Assembly (NCBI RefSeq): GCF_033153115.1
Contig: NW_026889761.1
Span: forward strand, 7,130,001 to 7,194,000
DNA: 64,000 nucleotides
DNA from: Saccostrea echinata
Lineage: Eukaryota
Direction: 5' to 3'
A program made the translations under genes and the position numbers. The notes beneath the pieces were generated by a model. It worked only from the letters and a program-made list of their open reading frames with translations. It did no database searches and was not told the origin of the DNA. This document shows positions 60,447-64,000 of this stretch, piece by piece (position 1 is the stretch's first letter; the number at the start of each line of letters is the position of its first letter).

Positions 60447-61498
60447 TGAAATTAGGACTCACTTATATTATGGCCATTTATCGTATTTATATAAATTATT
60501 TGGATACACAACGCCATTTAATGCAGGTACAGTATTCGTACGTGTAAGGGCAGAATCCTGGGGAGTGATTTTAACAGCATGATTTATTTTTATTTTTAGG
60601 TAAAATATCAGCGACGCATGCAGATGACATTGTGAAAAGTTTTGTGTTTCGACGGGTTTATATATATGCCTGGATATTATGCTTCATTTAGTTTTAAATA
60701 TTTTTTTTTATCGATTGGAAACAAGTTCTTACAACTTCCTGAAATATAACAGTGTGTCCTGCAAAATAAATAGCTTGAGTATGCAATGTATAAAATTAAT
60801 TACACGTATAATGCACCAGGGAAATGCGAAAACTTGTCAGCATAACGCACAAGCACGAAAAAGAAAAGAAAGAATGAATATGATTTAAAAATAACAACAA
60901 TAATAACGGAAATTAAGAGTTTAAGAAAAAGTAATTTCCATATTGTCTATCAGTCGTCTATACCGCATGTCTAAATAGGCAGGTATGACACAGTACACAG
61001 TCTTTGTGAATTTCTCGCAGTTGGAGGGCAAACTAAGAATTTTTATAAGACGGGGAGATCCAAATGGCATTCTTTAATGTGTCTAATAAAAAAATAAAAG
61101 AAATCATCCCTGATTTTTGTCCTTTGAAGCAAAATTTTTAGCTTTAATCGTACCCCGAAATTCAAACATGACAGTTTGGAGGCGTATTTTCCTGAATTTA
61201 AACACTACAGTTACAACGATCTTAAAATGTAAATAGATAGAATGGTAGAGAGAAATGTAAAGGCTGGGATTCTGCTCATGTTATGTGGTGAAGTTCATTC
61301 CTTGAGCTGCAGCGCGGATGCAAATACCCACATTGAAACACACATCCATGAACAAAACAACAAACGTCTCGACAAACTAGATGTTTTCTAGGCGGTCCGC
61401 GCTCAGTGTAAACAAAAACAGCAAGTGCGTGTGACCCGAGTATTTCACTGTTCACAGTTCCTGAGAAGTAAGTCGACGTTTTACTCTCGTCAGTAGCC

Positions 61499-62095
61499 AT
61501 GGCCGATACTGCTCCTCCAGCAAAGTCCCCAGCCAAGAAGAAGGCCGCAAAGCCTAAGGTGCCCGCTGCACATCCCAAGTACATTGACATGATTAGCGCT
61601 GCTGTTGCATCTCTGAAAGAACGTGGTGGCTCATCTCGACAGGCCATTCTCAAGTACATCATGGCCAACTACAAAGTGGGCAACGATGTTAACTCTATCA
61701 ACGCCCACCTGAAAATGGCCCTGAAGAGCGGAGTTAAGAAAGGCGCTCTGAAGCAAGCAAAGGGCACAGGCGCTAGTGGCTCCTTCAAACTTGGAGACAA
61801 ACCCAAGACCGAAAAGAAGCCTAAAGCCAAAAAGGTAGCCAAACCCAAGGCAGCCAAGCCCAAGAAGGCCGCCACCAAGCCCAAGAAGCCTGCGGGAGAG
61901 AAGAAGGCCAAGACTCCAAAGAAGAAGGCAGCAGCCAAGAAACCAGCCGGACCCAAGAAAGCCAAGTCCCCCAAGAAAAAGGCAGCCCCCAAGTCTCCAA
62001 AGAAGGCAGCAGCCAAACCCAAGAAGGCCAAGACCCCCAAGAAGGCAGCGGCCAAGAAGACAAAGACTCCCAAGAAAGCAGCCGCCAAGAAATAA
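61499..62095 (+). CDS. H1: Linker histone H1
   Basis: Identical protein to unit 1. Confidence 0.99.
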   Translation: MADTAPPAKSPAKKKAAKPKVPAAHPKYIDMISAAVASLKERGGSSRQAILKYIMANYKVGNDVNSINAHLKMALKSGVKKGALKQAKGTGASGSFKLGDKPKTEKKPKAKKVAKPKAAKPKKAATKPKKPAGEKKAKTPKKKAAAKKPAGPKKAKSPKKKAAPKSPKKAAAKPKKAKTPKKAAAKKTKTPKKAAAKK

Positions 62096-63121
62096 GCAGT
62101 CTTCGCATTCCAGGCAGACTGTCTACGCTTAAAACAAAATTTAAAAAGCCCTTTTCAGGGCTACCCACATTTTTAGAAAAGATGCCTTAAAAACATTCGT
62201 TAACGAAACATTTGCATAATCATTGCCTTTCTTTTCCCTCTCTTTCTCATTTTAATATTTGGAATGCAGAGGTCTGTGTTGAAAATTTAAACTAAACAAA
62301 CATGTGAAATATTACAATTTCACTAACAATATATCTTACACAAATGCCTACACTGTCTAGGTGTAAACTAGGATTATGTGCTCATGGTAATTTATGTAAT
62401 TGCATGCATATCTCACATGAATTCCTGATTGAACAATAATCTAAATAATAGGGAGGAGCAGTAAGTGAAATGAATGATGATTAAAAAAGTGTGTGAATTA
62501 ATTTTTGTTTATAATGTACATAATATCAGGTCAAGTTTGAATTATTATATATGATAGACCATTTTCACACACCTTCTCACACACATACACTCACTGACTG
62601 TTGCAGTGTAATTCCATTCAATGTACAGAACAGAAGTCTTCTTTGATATTTTAGAATTGGTTTTATTTCCTAGCTTTCACGTCACACACAGAATGAATTA
62701 ATGAAGCATACTCTGGTACGACTAAAATGAATTTCTAAGGCAGTGACTTTTTTCATGCAAGTGTCCGTGTAAACTGTAAATGGTCACAAGATTCTTGAAA
62801 GCAAAACCACATGCATACCAGGGCTTGTCAACAAACATCAAATATTTCTACAAAATCAATGTTTTTGAACAACTTCTTGAAGCTTTGTTTTGACAGGACT
62901 TCAAAATTTGATAAATATTCAAATTCTTGAACTTTCTAAAGTCTAAAGTGATAAACACATACAGAAGTTAAGGTGGGGGTGGGGATAAAGAAAGCAAAGC
63001 AATGATGAGCTGGTTTATGAGTCAGGATGTCGAATCCAGCAAACACTGGATCATGTATAAAGTAAAACATTATGGCCTGAAAAACATTTCATGAGGAAAT
63101 TTTAAAGTAATATTCATTGAT

Positions 63122-63430
63122 NNNNNNNNNNNNNNNNNNNNNNNNNNNNNNNNNNNNNNNNNNNNNNNNNNNNNNNNNNNNNNNNNNNNNNNNNNNNNNN
63201 NNNNNNNNNNNNNNNNNNNNNNNNNNNNNNNNNNNNNNNNNNNNNNNNNNNNNNNNNNNNNNNNNNNNNNNNNNNNNNNNNNNNNNNNNNNNNNNNNNNN
63301 NNNNNNNNNNNNNNNNNNNNNNNNNNNNNNNNNNNNNNNNNNNNNNNNNNNNNNNNNNNNNNNNNNNNNNNNNNNNNNNNNNNNNNNNNNNNNNNNNNNN
63401 NNNNNNNNNNNNNNNNNNNNNNNNNNNNNN
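63122..63430. repeat. N tract, 309 bp
   Basis: As unit 1. Confidence 0.7.
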
Positions 63431-63687
63431 GGGAGTGTTTATATGTCTATCTTCATGGTTATTATCATATTTACTGTGATCGTACATCTTTCAATACAGT
63501 GGGTCTATTAGATTATTTTATATAGAGAATTTAACATTGATTTTAACGAAGTACAAAATCTGTGCAAAAAAGGTGGATTGAAATGATTCCAGCTAAGACC
63601 AATGGAAGCACGCTATGCGCGACTAATCGCAAGGTGTCTTTCTTAACCCCCAACCAATCGCAAACATCCTTACTTAATGCGCGCTGA

Positions 63688-64000
<313 letters not shown>

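Overview
The whole window is a head-to-tail tandem array of replication-dependent histone genes, about 5.8 units. It is animal DNA, and the H1/H2B sequences look molluscan (bivalve-like; inference). Each unit reads H2B(-) <> H2A(+) - [poly-T, (TA)n, hAT-type MITE, 5'-truncated non-LTR retrotransposon] - H1(+) - [masked N tract] - H3(+) - H4(+). Unit periods are 11006, 11016, 11046, 11054 and 11014 bp. Subtracting the N tract gives exactly 10,741 bp each time, except unit 2, which has a poly-T 6 nt shorter. All five genes are intronless and end in a 16-nt stem-loop plus a U7-type downstream element (HDE). Unusual content: (1) a LINE 3' fragment fixed in every unit, with an open ~320-codon frame, CCHC zinc knuckle, 3' hairpin, AATAAA and (TGAATAC)n tail; (2) a 419-bp hAT MITE with a perfect 8-bp TSD, also fixed in every unit; (3) an apparently extended histone 3'-end cassette with non-canonical stems, an auxiliary hairpin upstream and a shared GTTAA..GAAAC motif past the HDE; (4) a masked tract upstream of H3 whose length varies only in multiples of 4; (5) an H1 promoter with octamer, H1-box and H4-box but no clear TATA. 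Regulatory elements are given at unit-1 coordinates and recur in every unit.
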